NCBI GenBank assembly: GCA_014905635.1
Contig: CM026547.1
Location: forward strand, 3,162,001-3,226,000
DNA: 64,000 bases
From: Scenedesmus sp. PABB004
Lineage: Eukaryota
Reading direction: 5' to 3'
Numbering within the stretch: position 1 is the stretch's first letter; each line of letters starts with the position of its first letter. The position numbers and the translations under genes were made by a program. The notes under the pieces are model-generated. The model searched no databases and had not been told where the DNA came from. It saw nothing but the letters and a program-made list of their open reading frames with translations. Shown here piece after piece: positions 1 through 11,634 of this stretch.

Positions 1-1397
1 CCTGGCTACAGTCTGGGTGCCATGCCTGGCTTCCCGGCAGTGTTACCAGGCAGGTAGGCAGCGTGCACTCGATGACGTGCGCGCGCTGGTTGACAGGCTG
101 CCGCCATCCTGGGTGGCGGCGGCGCGAGCTCGGCTGGCGGCGGCGGCGCGCGCGGGCCAGCCCGTGAGCGCCCCGGCGCCGGTGCAGCCAGCAGCGTTGG
201 CGGCGGCGCGTGCGGCGATTGCGGTTGGCCTGGGCTGGCCGCTTGTGGGTCGGCCGGTGCAGCCTGGTTGCCGGCCGGGGGTACGGCTGGGGCAGCTCAC
301 GGTGGCGCTGGCCACGCGGCTGCAGGCGCTGCCGGCGCGCGCTGAGCTGCATGCCCGCCACCACCGCCACTGTCTGACGGTTTCTGAGTTTGATGGTTTG
401 CCGCACATTGGGGGTGATGAGCTTGCGAAGCGCACGCGCCACGCCACGGTGTGCCAAGCCCTGGCGCGCTGGTGGCAGCTCAAGGTGCCCAACACGTACA
501 AGGAGGCGGCCTGGCGGCTCACGCTGCAGGCCTTTCCGACTGCCAGCCGCATGCAGCCGGGGCCGGGCATGGTGGACTATTGTGTCTACTGCTGCCCAGG
601 GCCGCCGGAGGCGCCGGAGCCAGCGGAGGCGTCCGGACTGGGCGGCGCGCTGCACCCGAGCGAGGCGCACCATTTCTGGCGGTGCCCGGTGGCAGGCGAG
701 GTGTGGGGTGAGATCGAGAAGCAGCTGGCTGCTTTTGACTGGTGGCCGGACGGCGCGCGCTTGCACTGCAGGCACATCTGGCTGGGGCGCCGGCCGCGGG
801 AGCAGCTGTCCCAGATGGTCTGGGACATGGTCTGCATCGCTGCAATTCACGCGTGCGAACGCGGCCGGCGCGTGGCCTGGATTTTCCTGCAAGTGCGGGA
901 GCGTGCCTTGCCCTTTGACGTGGCTCGAGACATAGTCAGGCGGGCGGCAGTGAGTGCGTTTTGGGAGGCGCTGGCCGACTTTGCGGCGACCGCTTACGTG
1001 CCCCGCGCTGCCCGTACGCCCGACCTGACGGGCCAGCCCTTTCTGGCTTGGTGCACTCCCCGCGTCGCGGGGAGTGGCTTGGTTGTTATTCGGCGATGAG
1101 GATGGTGGCATTCTCCCAGCACTCCCGCGCGCGCGGGTTGCGCGCTCGCGGGCACGCGCGACCCGCGGTCACCGGCTGCCGCCGACACTGAAATACTGCT
1201 ACTGCCCAGCAGCGAGCGATCGGTCAAGGTGTGTGCGCGGAGACAGCACTGAGTGTGTGCAGGTGACGCTTTTGGGCGTGAGCGTGGCCACGGGCGGCAG
1301 CTGCGCGTGAGTGACTGACTATACCAAAGTGATGGGGTCCGTGTTTGCGCCGTAGGCGCTTGTTCACCCCTGGTAACGCCCTTCTTCTTCCAAAAAA
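1..1397 (+). mobile_element. 3' end of an L1/Tx1-like non-LTR retrotransposon (5' part outside the window)
   Basis: Intronless ORF with a zf-RVT-like C-terminus, visibly lower GC than host genes, a ~300-bp 3' UTR ending GGTAAC...CTTCTTCTTCC plus A6 (1392-1397). The 3' boundary is an inference. Confidence 0.75.
2..1099 (+). CDS. Retrotransposon ORF2 C-terminal region (zinc-binding zf-RVT-like domain), 5'-partial
   Basis: WQLKVPNTYKEAAWRL...FPTASR...CVYC...EAHHFWRCPVAGEVW matches the W..k.p.k.k.f.W...C..C...HlfweCp.a..vW pattern found downstream of RT in L1 elements. The frame is open from the window start. Confidence 0.8.
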   Translation: MATVWVPCLASRQCYQAGRQRALDDVRALVDRLPPSWVAAARARLAAAARAGQPVSAPAPVQPAALAAARAAIAVGLGWPLVGRPVQPGCRPGVRLGQLTVALATRLQALPARAELHARHHRHCLTVSEFDGLPHIGGDELAKRTRHATVCQALARWWQLKVPNTYKEAAWRLTLQAFPTASRMQPGPGMVDYCVYCCPGPPEAPEPAEASGLGGALHPSEAHHFWRCPVAGEVWGEIEKQLAAFDWWPDGARLHCRHIWLGRRPREQLSQMVWDMVCIAAIHACERGRRVAWIFLQVRERALPFDVARDIVRRAAVSAFWEALADFAATAYVPRAARTPDLTGQPFLAWCTPRVAGSGLVVIRR

Positions 1398-1543
1398 GGT
1401 AGCCGCACGCCCCGTTCCACGCCCCCTCACCGTCGCGCGCTCGCGCGCCCCGGGCCTGGTGTTGGTTCCGCGCTGTTGGTTCCGCGCCATCATCCAGGTC
1501 GCTGCCATGCATGGCAATCAAGGAAAACGCACATGAGCTTTTT

Positions 1544-3825
1544 CTAGTACCCGCGCTTGACGAGGCGCTGCGCAGGCATCTCGACCAGGAGGAAGCATGG
1601 CAGCGCCAGCCCGAGGCTGGCGAGCGTGAAGAGGGCGTAGCTGAGCAGGTAAACGGCCCAGCCGGCGAACAGCGAGGTCGTAACGCCGACCAACGTCCAC
1701 GAGGGCAGTCGGTCGAGCGGCAAGTCCTGGAGGAGGTATGCTCCGTAACTCAAGCTCGCGGCTGGCAGCCACAGCCGGCTGCCGACGACAAACTCAATCG
1801 GCCTGCAGCGCCCGAGCAGCGTCGCGCCGAGCACCCAGGCGAGTGCCGCGCCAAAGAGAGGGCGGCCCAGTACTGTAAGGAACAAGTCCAGGTCCAGGCT
1901 CAGCGTCGAGGTGTGGCGGTTGACGCCGACGCCCAGCCACGCCAGCCCGAGGCAGACCAGGAATGCAAACACGTCGGCGCACAGCAGCAGCGCGGCTGTC
2001 CGCCGCAGCCGGCGCCGCGGCTCAGCGGCCGCTGCCTGGGCGGCGGCGCCCGCCGGCTGCTGGCCGGGCAGCGTGGCCGGGACGGAGCTCTCGTCCACCA
2101 CCTGTCTGTCTGTGTCGCCGCCCAGCGCGCCGCTAACTGCCGGCACCTCGATGACCACCGCATCGGAGTCTTTGAGCGCGGCAGGCGCCGCCTGCGCGCG
2201 CCGCTTTCGCTTGGCCAGCTCCACGGCCAGCGCGGCGGCCATGCCGGCCACAAATGGCGACGCCCGCGCGGGCGTTGACGTGTAGGCCAGCGGCAGGTTG
2301 CTGATGCCCCACCTGCGTGGGCAGTGAGGCGGGCGAGTGCGGGCGGCGCGGCGCTCGGACTACGCGCGCGGCGCGCCGCCTGGCGGCACCTCCTGGTGCC
2401 GCTGCTGCCAGGCCCTGGCCAGCCGGCCAGCCAGCCCGCCCGGCCGCCCTGCGCCTCAGCCCGCACCGGTTGAACAGGAACTGCCAGGTCAGCGGGCTCG
2501 TGCCCGCGAGCGCGCCGCGCAGCACCGGCGGGATCGCCCACACGGCGGCGAGGCCCGCCCACCACCAGCGCCGCGGGCGCTGCGCCGCGGGCTGCCACAC
2601 GCCCCACAGCACCAGCGGCGCCACCAGGTAGAGCTGCATTTCCACCGCGACCGACCAGGCCTGCAGCAGGCACGCGTCGTCGGGGCTGCCTCGGGTGTAG
2701 TTGTTGATCATCAGCAGCAGCCGCCACCAGTCGTTCGCGCACTGGCGAGGCGCCGAGGCGGCAGCGGCGGCGGCCGCGAGCAAGTCAGGCGGCCGAAAAG
2801 GAGGGCGGGGGCACACGGCGGCCGGGCGCGCCCGCTGGCGACAGGCGCCGCCGCGCCCACCGCGTTGAGCTTGGCCGGCAGCACGCCGCCGGCCGCCGCG
2901 GCCGCGAGCTGCGCAAGGATGCCTAGGACCAGCATGGGCGCGAGGCGCAGGTAGCGGCGCGCGGCGAAGCGCGCGAAGTTGAACGCGCCGTGCCGCGCCG
3001 CCGTCTCGCGCAGCCACATCCGTGTGATGAGGATGCCCGACACTGCCCGGGGGAGGGGGAGGGGGCGGGAGGGTGGACGGAGGGCGGTGACGGCGGTCAG
3101 CTGAGCGGCCAGCTGCTGGGCGCGCCTCGGACGCGGCCACCCGCCCACCCACGCACCCACCCGCCCGCCCGCCCGCCCACCCACCCCCGCCCCGCCCTCC
3201 TCACGCGTGAAAAAGACATCGACGCCCATGTCGCCGTTGAAGATGGGCTGCGGGCGCGGCGCACGGCAGCCGGGAGCGCGTGGGCAGCAGGCAGAGCAGC
3301 GCGACCGGCAGCAGTGCCGCAGCGGGGCGCGCCAAACCGTTCTACGACCGCGGCAGCTCGCGTGCGCACCTGCGCGAGCCAGGAGCTCAGCCACGCGACG
3401 CCCAGCGGCGGCGATATGGGCATGGATTTGGGGCTGTCGCTCGCAAAGGTCAGGTCGCCGAGACTACCGATGAAGGCTGCATGGAACGCGAGCACCCAGC
3501 TGCGGCAGCAGGCGGCAGCGCGCAGGGCGCGCGCGCGGTCAACGCACGGGCCAGCGGTGTCACCCGAGCGGCGTCGGACCGCGCGGCCTCGCCCGCCCGC
3601 CCGCCCTGACACTCACAGCAGCGCCAGTGCACGCACGCCATTGAGCAGGTCCACACGCCCTGCAGGTGGCGAGTGCAGGGCCCGGAGGTCGGCAAGCGGC
3701 CGCCAGCAAGACGCGACGTGCCGTCCAACGGCCCGCAGCCGTGCCGCCGCGCCGCCTCGACACGACGTCGCTGCCTGTGCCTCGGCAGGCTGCTCTGAGC
3801 GCTGGCGAGGACGGGTCAGCGCCAT
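1544..3825 (-). CDS. Acyltransferase-3 family membrane O-acyltransferase (OafA/NRF-6-like), multi-exon
   Basis: Motifs across exons: RVDLLNGVRALALL/WVLAFH, GDMGVDVFF.VSGILI, RRYLRLAP, WSVAVEMQLYLVAP, SLSYGAYLLQ, LLVEMP; many hydrophobic segments. ATG at 3825 is the likely start. Confidence 0.85.
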
Positions 3826-4459
3826 GGAACAGACCACTGAGCGGGGTGGTGGCGGCGATTTTTTGGCGTCACCGGCGACCGGCGACCGGCGGCTGCTGTT
3901 GCTCTGGCTCTGCTCCCGCCCGGCACCTGCAGGCAGCGGCGGCGGCGTGAGCACATCGCCCCAAGTGTCGCGAGCATGCAGACAAAGATCGCAATGCAGC
4001 ACAGGGCGCGCCACGCCGTGCCGGCGCGGGTGCAATCCCACCGCGAGCGCGCGCCACCGAGCGCCCGGCACTCCCGCCAGCCCGTCAGGCGGTCCCCTGG
4101 TGCGAGCGGGACGCACGCTGCAGGCACGGTCGCCCGGATCGCCCACGCCGCCGTACGGGGAGCCTGGCGCTGAGCTGGCTGGCGCCCCTGCGGACCGTGC
4201 GCCGGGCGGGCAGTGCGCTTGGACGCCCGTGCTCTCTCTCCCAGTCCTCGTGTGCGCGCGCGCGCCGGGTGCAGCCTCACCGGCAGGCAGGCAGCCAGCC
4301 CCCGCGTGTCAAACTGCACAGCTTCGCCGCCGTGCAGGTACGCGCGCTCCAGTTGACCCAGCACCTCGCCGCTCGTGTCTGACAGCGGCCCGAGCTTGCC
4401 CGTCTGCGCCGGCGGCAGCAGGGAGGCAGCTGAGCGAGCGACGCGTGCAGCCTGCCTCA

Positions 4460-7117
4460 CACTATGAGTACGGCGGAGGCGCTGGTAGGCTGTGGTGGCC
4501 CACCGGTGGCTCTGGTAGGCGCTGGTAGGCGCTGGTGGCCACCAGAGGGCTGCGCAGGTGGGCGCGCGCACTGATGGGAGTGCCGCGCGTGGTCTGCCGG
4601 GCGCGAGCGGGGGATTGTTACGCGGGCCGGGCGGCGCCCCGCCAGAAATAGCAGTACTGCTCACGACTGTGCCCCACGCCCAGTCGCGAAATGCACCAAG
4701 CGCGACCTCCCAGACACAGGAACAAACAGCCACGTGCCGTCGTCGGCGTCTTTGCAGCCGTGCAGCGCCGCGGCAATCGCGTCGAGCGGCACAGCGCGCA
4801 ACAGCGGCGCGCCGCTGCCGCGCGCAGCCTCAAACTCGTCATGCGCCACCAGCAGCAGCTCAGCGATGTCGGGGTCGCTGCCCCGTGACTTGAGCTTGAA
4901 CTGACGGATGATAGCGAGCCGCGCCACGGGCTCCGCGGCGCCGCTGCCGCCGCCGCTGCTGCTGCTCGCGCCCGCCCCGCGTGGCCACTGCAGCTCCAGG
5001 AAGCAGTCGACCTCGCATGCTGACGGCTGCTCATTGCCGTGTCTGGTGCACCAATGTATCAGCACTCGGCTGGCGTTGCGGCTCTGCAGCTTGCCGTACC
5101 TGGTGCCGCAAACCAGCGTGCCGCCCGCCAGCGTGGCCTGCTTGAACATCTGCACGCGCGGCCCCAGCGGCGCCGGCTGGTCCCAAACGCGCTCCAGCTC
5201 GGGCGACCACAACTCATGGTTCTGGAGGCACCTGCGAGCGGGCTCCTGCGGGGCGGGGCGCCAGGGGCGCCTCGCCTCGCGCGCAGCCAGCCGCGGGCCC
5301 GCGCGCCGCGGCGCGCCCACCTTGAAGGGTGCCCACTGCTCCGCGCTCAGCGCCTGCGCGGGGCCGAGCATGCTGCTCTCCGCGACAGCGTCCGGCGCAG
5401 CAATCAGCTGCGCCACGCTGTCGCGGTCCAGGATGAGCGGCGGCAGCTGGCCCTGCAGGTTGGCGATGCGCGCCAGCTGCAGCGCCGCTGCTGCTGACGC
5501 CCGTGTGAGGCCTCTGCTGTCCAGCTCCTCGGTCAGGGCCAGCCGGGCCCCATCTCGCGCCACCCGGTCTCGGCTGCGCCGCTTGATCCAGCCCACACAG
5601 CGCTCCACCCACAGCTCCAGCTCGTGCACCGTGAGACCGCGGTACAACGCCTGCATGTGCAAGACGCACGCCAGGTGGTGGAGGTTGAACGTGCACAAGC
5701 TGCTGGTGCGCTGCTCTGCCGGCTTGCTCGGGTCGAGGTCCTGCGCCAGGGGGCGGGGTGCGCGCGGCGGCGGCCGCGGCGCTGGCGTCGGCGCCCTGCG
5801 GGAGCGCTCGGCGCCGCCGCGCCCGCCGCGCCGCGGCGCTGCGTGCCCCCCCCCCCCCGCCGCCGCGCCCGCCGCGCCGCGGCGCTGCGTGCCCCCCCCC
5901 CCCCCGCCGCCGCCGCGCAGCACCGCCGCCCCCGCGGCCGCCGCGAGCGGCCGCCGCGCCCGCGCCCGAGGGCGCCGCGCGCCGCGCGCCGCGCGCCCCC
6001 GCACGCGCACCGCACCTGCTCGACCAGCTTGCCGTACTCGATGATCTCCTGCTGCGCTTTGGCCGCCTCCGCCTCATACTCTGCGCGGCTGCTGAACTCT
6101 CGCGCGGTCAGGTGGAAGCACGCAAAGCGCCGCAGGTGGCCCCACGCCTTCTTCACGACAGGGTCGTGCAGCACCTGCATTTGCCCGCTCGGCCACAGCA
6201 GCGGCGAAAACAGGCCAGTGACGCCGGCAGAGAGCTCGTCCATGTGCAGGCCGGCGCAGTGCTTGACAGGGTTGCGCACGGGGCGGTTGACCTGGGGGTG
6301 CAGCACATACGCCGCGCTGCGTTGCGCGATGACGCGCCGCGCTGCGTGTTTAACGCGCAGGTGTGCCGCGAGCACGCCGTTGTCTGCCGCTGGCTGCTGC
6401 TGCTCCGAAGCGCTGCTGTCCGCGCGCCGCCGCTTCCCGCCCCTGCCGCCTCGCGCAGCAGCTGCCGGCAGGCCCCCTCCGGCCAGGCCGGGGGGCCGCG
6501 GCTGCGGGGACGCGAGCAGCGCCTTGAGCAAATCCTTCAGCACCCCTTGGCAGAAGGCGTGCATGAAGGGGACGACGGTGATGGTGCGCACGTCCAGGTA
6601 GTCCAAGTGCGCGAACAGCCGGGACATGCCATGGAAGCCGCACGTCTTGGCGAGCGACCGGCCAGCCTCGCGCACGTCCTCGGCGTGCTTCATCGCAGCC
6701 GCCATGACGGTGCTGTTGTGGCGCCGGGCGGCATCGTCCACGCCCATCTGAAAGCTGCTGCCCTCGCTCAAGCCAGCGGCGGCGTGCTGTGCCGCGCATT
6801 AGGCCGTGTAACGCATGACGCCGGCGAGCCGCACGCCCGTCAGCCCGCACCAGATGCACGCCAGGAGGGCGGTGAAGCTGCCCACGCAGCTCAGTAGCAT
6901 CGCGCGCGCCGGGGCGTCGGCGTGCAGCGCGGTGATGAAGCCGCGGTGCGTGAAGGGCGGCCCCTCCACGTACTCGCCCTGATCAGCCGCGCCACCAGCC
7001 GGTGGCGACTCGCGCTGGCCGGGCGCCGGGAGGCTCACGTCCGGGAGTGCCTGCAGCCCCGAGCTCAACGCGCACCTGCACGCCCAGATCACGGCCGTGC
7101 CGCTGCCGGTCAAGGCC
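4460..7117 (-). mobile_element. Decayed CACTA/EnSpm (CMC)-like DNA transposon, 5'-truncated
   Basis: Transposase pseudogene inside; CACTA at 4460 followed by clustered short subterminal repeats (CTGGTAGGC x3, TGGTGGCCCACC x2). The opposite terminus was not found. Confidence 0.6.
4661..7117 (-). pseudogene. CMC/CACTA-like transposase with an in-frame stop, three exons (approx. 7117-6016, 5740-5321, 5245-4661)
   Basis: ADAPARA...ACIWC, VPFMHAFCQGVLKDLL and CTFNLHHL...RGL...ELWVERCVGWIK resemble the D.PA, CxxC, MH...GV.K and NxH.L...G....ER..G.lK motifs of CMC transposases. In-frame TAA at 6801-6799; N-terminus not found. Confidence 0.7.
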
Positions 7118-7615
7118 TGAGCGCGCCGCGCGCGCGGGCGGCCAGCCTGCAGGCGGCCAGCGGCGGCGCGCGGGCTGGGACGGGCACGGGAGGGGGGCGG
7201 GAGCACAGGGGGGAGCGCGAGCGTGTGGCCGGCGCGTGGCGCGGCCGGCGCGCCGCGCGCTGCGCCGCCAGCCGGGCGGTGCGCGGCGCGTGGGGCGCGG
7301 GCGGCTGTCGGGAGCTTGGCAACCTGGACCGGGGGCACGGGCGTGGCTGCAACCTGGGTCGCGACGGCTCCCCCGAGCAGCTCGCGCGCGGCGCTGGAAG
7401 CTGACTGGCGCGGCGGCGCGGCGCGATTAGCACGCGTTGAGCAAAGCCGCCGCGCCGCCTCTCCGTGCGCACTTGCATCGCTGGCCCGCCGCGCCCTCGC
7501 CGTCGCCGCGCGCAGCGCTGGGAGCCCCGCACGCGGCCAGACACACACCGACGACGTGCCGCTCAGCCCGCGCGCCTGCTCCCTCCACGCACGCCCGGCC
7601 CGGCCGGCAGCCGCT

Positions 7616-10223
7616 ATGGCCCTCCCGGCAGCCGCGCTGCTCCTGGCTGCGCTGGGCCTGCGCGCGGCCGGCGTGGTGAGCGGCCGCTAGCGCGGGTCCC
7701 TACGCGCCCGCCGGCCACCCGTCGCCGGCGCGCGTGGATGGCACCGGGAGGCCAGCACGGACCCGCCACTGCGCTGCGGCATCCGCCGGGCCGCCGCCGG
7801 GTCGCCCAGGGCAGCGGCGCCGGGAGCAGCGGCACCGTGACGATTACTCACGCCGCCCGCCGCTTCCGCCGCCGCCCGCCGCGTCCCCGCCGCCGCCCGC
7901 CGCGCCGCGAAAAGTTGCTGCTCGTGCTCCTGGCGTACGTGGCGTTCAATCCCGTCAACCGCTGGCGCTATCGCCACATCCCAGGCGCGCCAGGCGGCTC
8001 TCGACGCGCGCGCCGCGCCCCGCGCCCGCTGAGCGCCGCGCGCGCCCCTGTCCCGCGCCGGCTCACCGCCGCTCACCGCCGCTTGCTCACCGCCGCCAGG
8101 CCCGCCGTTCCGCGCCATCTATGGCAACCTGGCGGAGCTTCGCGAGCACGGCGCGCACGCGTTCATGTCCGCGTGCAAGGCGGAGTACGGTCCGGTCTTC
8201 AAGGTGCGCGCAGCGCCCGCGCGCGCGCCGCGCCGCGCCGCCCCGCCCCGCCTCGCCGCCGCCGCCCCGCCGACGCGCGCGGCCGGCCGGCGGGCGCCGC
8301 AGATCTGGTTTGGGCACCGCGTGTGGGTGGTCGTGTGCGACCCCGAGCTCGGGCGGCGCGTCAACTACCGGCTCATAAACCGCCCCGGCAGCCTCGGCGA
8401 CACGCTCGCGCGCGGCCCGCTCGCGGACGAGCGCAACCGCGGCCTCTTCCTCAGCCGCGGCGACGTGTGGCGCGTGCTGCACCGCGTGTGGCAGCCCGCG
8501 TTCTACGCCGACAGCGTGCACGCCTGCCTGCCCCTCATGGGCGCGGCGACGCGCCGCCTGCTGGCGCGGCTCGACGCCATCGCCGCCGCCGGCGACGCGG
8601 TCGACATCTGGCGCGAGGTCGGCAACCTCACCATGGCCATCGTGGGCACCGCCGCGTACGGGTGCGGCGGCGCGCGCCGGCGCGCGCCGCGCCGCCGCCG
8701 CCCGCGCACGCACGCGCGCCCCTCCCTCACCCGCTCACCCGCTCACCCTCCCCCTCCTCCCTCCCGCGCGCCCGCGCCCGCGCAGGGTCGACTTCCACAC
8801 CCTCGGCCCCGCCGAGCAGGGCGAGCAGGCGCAGCCGGCGCCCGGCGCTGCCGAGGCCGCGGCGCCGCGGGGTGCGCAGCACGTGTCGCTGCTCGCGGCC
8901 GCAGGCATCGCGGCGCCGGAGCTGGACCTCGACACCGACGCCGCGGGGCAGCGGCTGGTGGAGAGCGCGCAGACGCTCTTTGCGTCGGCCGGGCCGGCCG
9001 GGTCGCCGTACCAGCTCGCCGCGCTGCTGCTGCCGACGTGGCTCAAGCCCGCGGTCGCGTGGGCGGCGCACACCTGGCCGGACGCGCGGTTCGCCCGCCT
9101 CCTCGCCGCGCGCGGCACGATGTCATCGGCGAGCATGCAGCTGGTGCAGCAGCACCGCGCCAAGCAGGCCGCCGCGGCGGCGGCGGCGGCGGAGCGGCAG
9201 CCGCCCGGCGGCGCGGCGCCCGCGCCCGCGCCCGCGCTGGCGCCCGGCGGCGGCGTGTCGCGGCGGAGCGGCGCGATCGCGCCGGGCTCCTTCCTCAGCA
9301 TGCTCCTCTCGGCGCGCGCGGGCGGCGCCGCCGCGCTCAGCGACCTGTCGGCGATGATGCAGGCCAACACCTTCACGCTCGCGGGTGCGCACCCGCGGCG
9401 GCAGGCCGCGCCGGCCGCGCCCGCCCGCCCGCCCGCCCGCCCGCCCGCCCGCCCGCCACCCGTGCCCGGCCGCGTGCGGCGCCCGACGCCGCCCGCCCGT
9501 CCCGCGCCGCCGTCACACGCGCCGCCCTCACACGCGCCGCCGTCACACGCAGGGTACGAGACCACCGCCAACACGCTCGCCTTCTGCCTCTTCTTGGTCG
9601 CCACGCACCCAGAGGCGGAGGCGCGCGTCGCGGCCGAGGCGGCCGCCGCGGGCGCGGCGCTGCACACGGTGCGTGACCAGGAGGCGGCCTTCCCCTTCAC
9701 CTGCGCCGTGGTGTCCGAGGCGCTGCGCCTGTTCCCGCCGGGCGCGTTCACGGCGCGCGAGGTCGGCGACGCGCCGCTGGAGGTGGGCGGGCACGCGCTG
9801 CCGCCCGGCACCGCCGTGATCGTCGCGAGCTACGTCATGCAGCGCGACGAGGAGTTTTGGCCGCGCGCGGCTGAGTTCCTGCCGGAGCGCTGGCTGCCGG
9901 GCGGCGAGCACCTGTCGGCGCGGCGCCCCGGCGCGTACCTGCCGTTTGGCAGCGGCGCGCGGCAGTGCATCGGCAGCCGCTTTGCGCTGCAGGAGGTGCG
10001 CCTGGGGCTGCTCGAGCTCGTGGCGCGCTTCCGCTTCGCCGTGCAGTGGGAGCTCATGGGCGAGCCCAACAGCCCCCCGCAGCTGCACGGCCGCCGCGCC
10101 AGCGCCGCCGGCGGCGGCAAGGCCGCGCCCGCGGACAGCTGCGGCCGGCTGCGCACGGTCAACCGCTTCACTCTCTCGCCCGACGGCGGCATCTGGGTCA
10201 AGCTGCAGCCCCGCAGCGCCTAG
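7616..10223 (+). CDS. Cytochrome P450 (probably CYP711 clan), multi-exon
   Basis: N-terminal anchor, IPGPP hinge, YGPVFKIWFG, I-helix AGYETT (split by an intron), EALR, PERW and heme motif FGSGARQCIG. The clan assignment is an inference. Confidence 0.93.
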
Positions 10224-10317
10224 TCGCGCGCCGCGGCGCGGGGCGCACGGCGCATGTGGCCCGTGGCGCGTGTGAACCGCGCGCGTGGTGACGTGGCGGC
10301 GCGCGCGCGCGCGCGCC

Positions 10318-10412
10318 TTGGGACTCTCCGTCTTCTCTATCCCAATTGTTGGGACCTTCCCACTTAGCATTGTCCCGATTGGGAAAACCCTCTAGATGTC
10401 ATCCCAATTGGG
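10318..10412. promoter_or_regulatory. AT-richer island with repeated TCCCRATTGGG palindromes
   Basis: TCCCAATTGTTGGGA (10340-10354), TCCCGATTGGGA (10373-10384) and TCCCAATTGGG (10402-10412), about 360-430 bp upstream of the ATG at 10768. Confidence 0.4.
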
Positions 10413-10767
10413 CGAGCGCCGCGCGCCGCGCGCTCCCCCTCTCTGGGAGCCGCGGCGGCTCGGCCGCGGGGCTCCTCATGCCGTTGAAACGAACGAGAGT
10501 TGCTCACGCCCCGCCGCCAAGTCGACCAGCGCGGCGAGGGGCGAGCGAGGGGCGACGGCCGCGCCGCCGCGAGCCGCCCCCCGCGCCAGGGCGCAGCAGC
10601 GGCAGGGCGCCGCCGCAGGGCTCGCGGCGCGCAGGGCGGGGCCGCCGCACCGCGCGCTCCCACACCGCGTGCGCCACACAGACGCGACCCACGCCGCGCC
10701 CGAAGCTGCCAGCCCCCGGCGCGCTGCTCCATCGCCTCTCCGCGGCCTCAGCGCGCGCTCGCCCGAC

Positions 10768-11305
10768 ATGCAGGCCCTCCGCGCGCGCCAGAGCGCAGCA
10801 GCTGGTCCGTCGTCCCGGCCAGCGTGCCGCACGGCGGTGCGCGTGGCGGCCGCAGAGGTGCGGCAGCGGCCGCGCGGCGGCGCTGCTCGCCACGGCGCGG
10901 GCCGCTCACGGACGCGCGCCTTGCCGCAGGGCAACGTGTGCAAGACGTGCGGCATGGACCTGAGCAAGGCGCCGGGCAGGTGCGCCCGACGCACGGCGCC
11001 GGCGCCGGCAGCGCCGCTGCCGTCGGCCGACGCGCGCGCCGCCGCCGCCGGCCGCCGCCCGCCGCAGCTGCGACCGCGAGGGCCGCGTGGTCGGGGGCCT
11101 GGGCGCGGTGCCCGGCTTTGGCTGGTGGCCGATCAAGGCGTACCGGCCCTGCCCGGGGCTGAGCCAGGCGGGCGTGGACTACGTGCGCAAGGGCCAGCCG
11201 ACCAACGAGATGCTCTTCGGGGGCGTCAGCCTGAGCGAGCCGCAGCAGGAGAGCCTGGTCGTGATGAAGCAGACGGCCGACAAGGGCCTCGACATCGAGC
11301 TGTGA
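10768..11305 (+). CDS. Small conserved, probably plastid-targeted protein of unknown function (3 exons)
   Basis: Transit-peptide-like exon 1 (MQALRARQSAAAGPSSRPACRTAVRVAAAE), then CKTC...CDREGRVVGGLGAVPGFGWWPIKAYRPCP, a motif I recall from green-lineage uncharacterised proteins. Confidence 0.75.
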
Positions 11306-11634
11306 CGGCTGCCAGCTGCAGCAACCCCGGCCAGCGACGGGAGCTAGCGCCGCCAGCTCCGCCAGCCTGGCGGTGGATTTCGGTCGCCGCGCGCCGACCT
11401 GGCGCGGCGGCAGGAGGGGCGGCTGAGGGGCCGGCGCGGCGGAGAGCGGCGGGGGCAGAGAGAGGCAGGGCGGGCGAGCGCGCGGGGGCGAGAGCGGCCA
11501 CGGCGCGGCGCGCCCGTGCGCGCCGCGGGGCCGGCCGCTGCGGCGCGAGTGAGCGCGCGGCGAGTGCAAGCGGTCGACAGGCCCAGCATTGCTTGAGCGC
11601 TCCAACGCGCCCCCGGCGCGCAGCAGCTGCCCGG

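Noticed and set aside
3930..4410. Exon-like minus-strand segments (TGKLGPLSDTSGEVLGQLERAYLHGG...)
   Set aside because: Splice-like borders exist, but I recognise no domain or start codon; too weak to call a gene.
6799..6801. In-frame TAA as evidence of a variant genetic code
   Set aside because: A single case in a decayed transposon; TAA is the normal stop of TMCO1 and CARNMT1 in this window.
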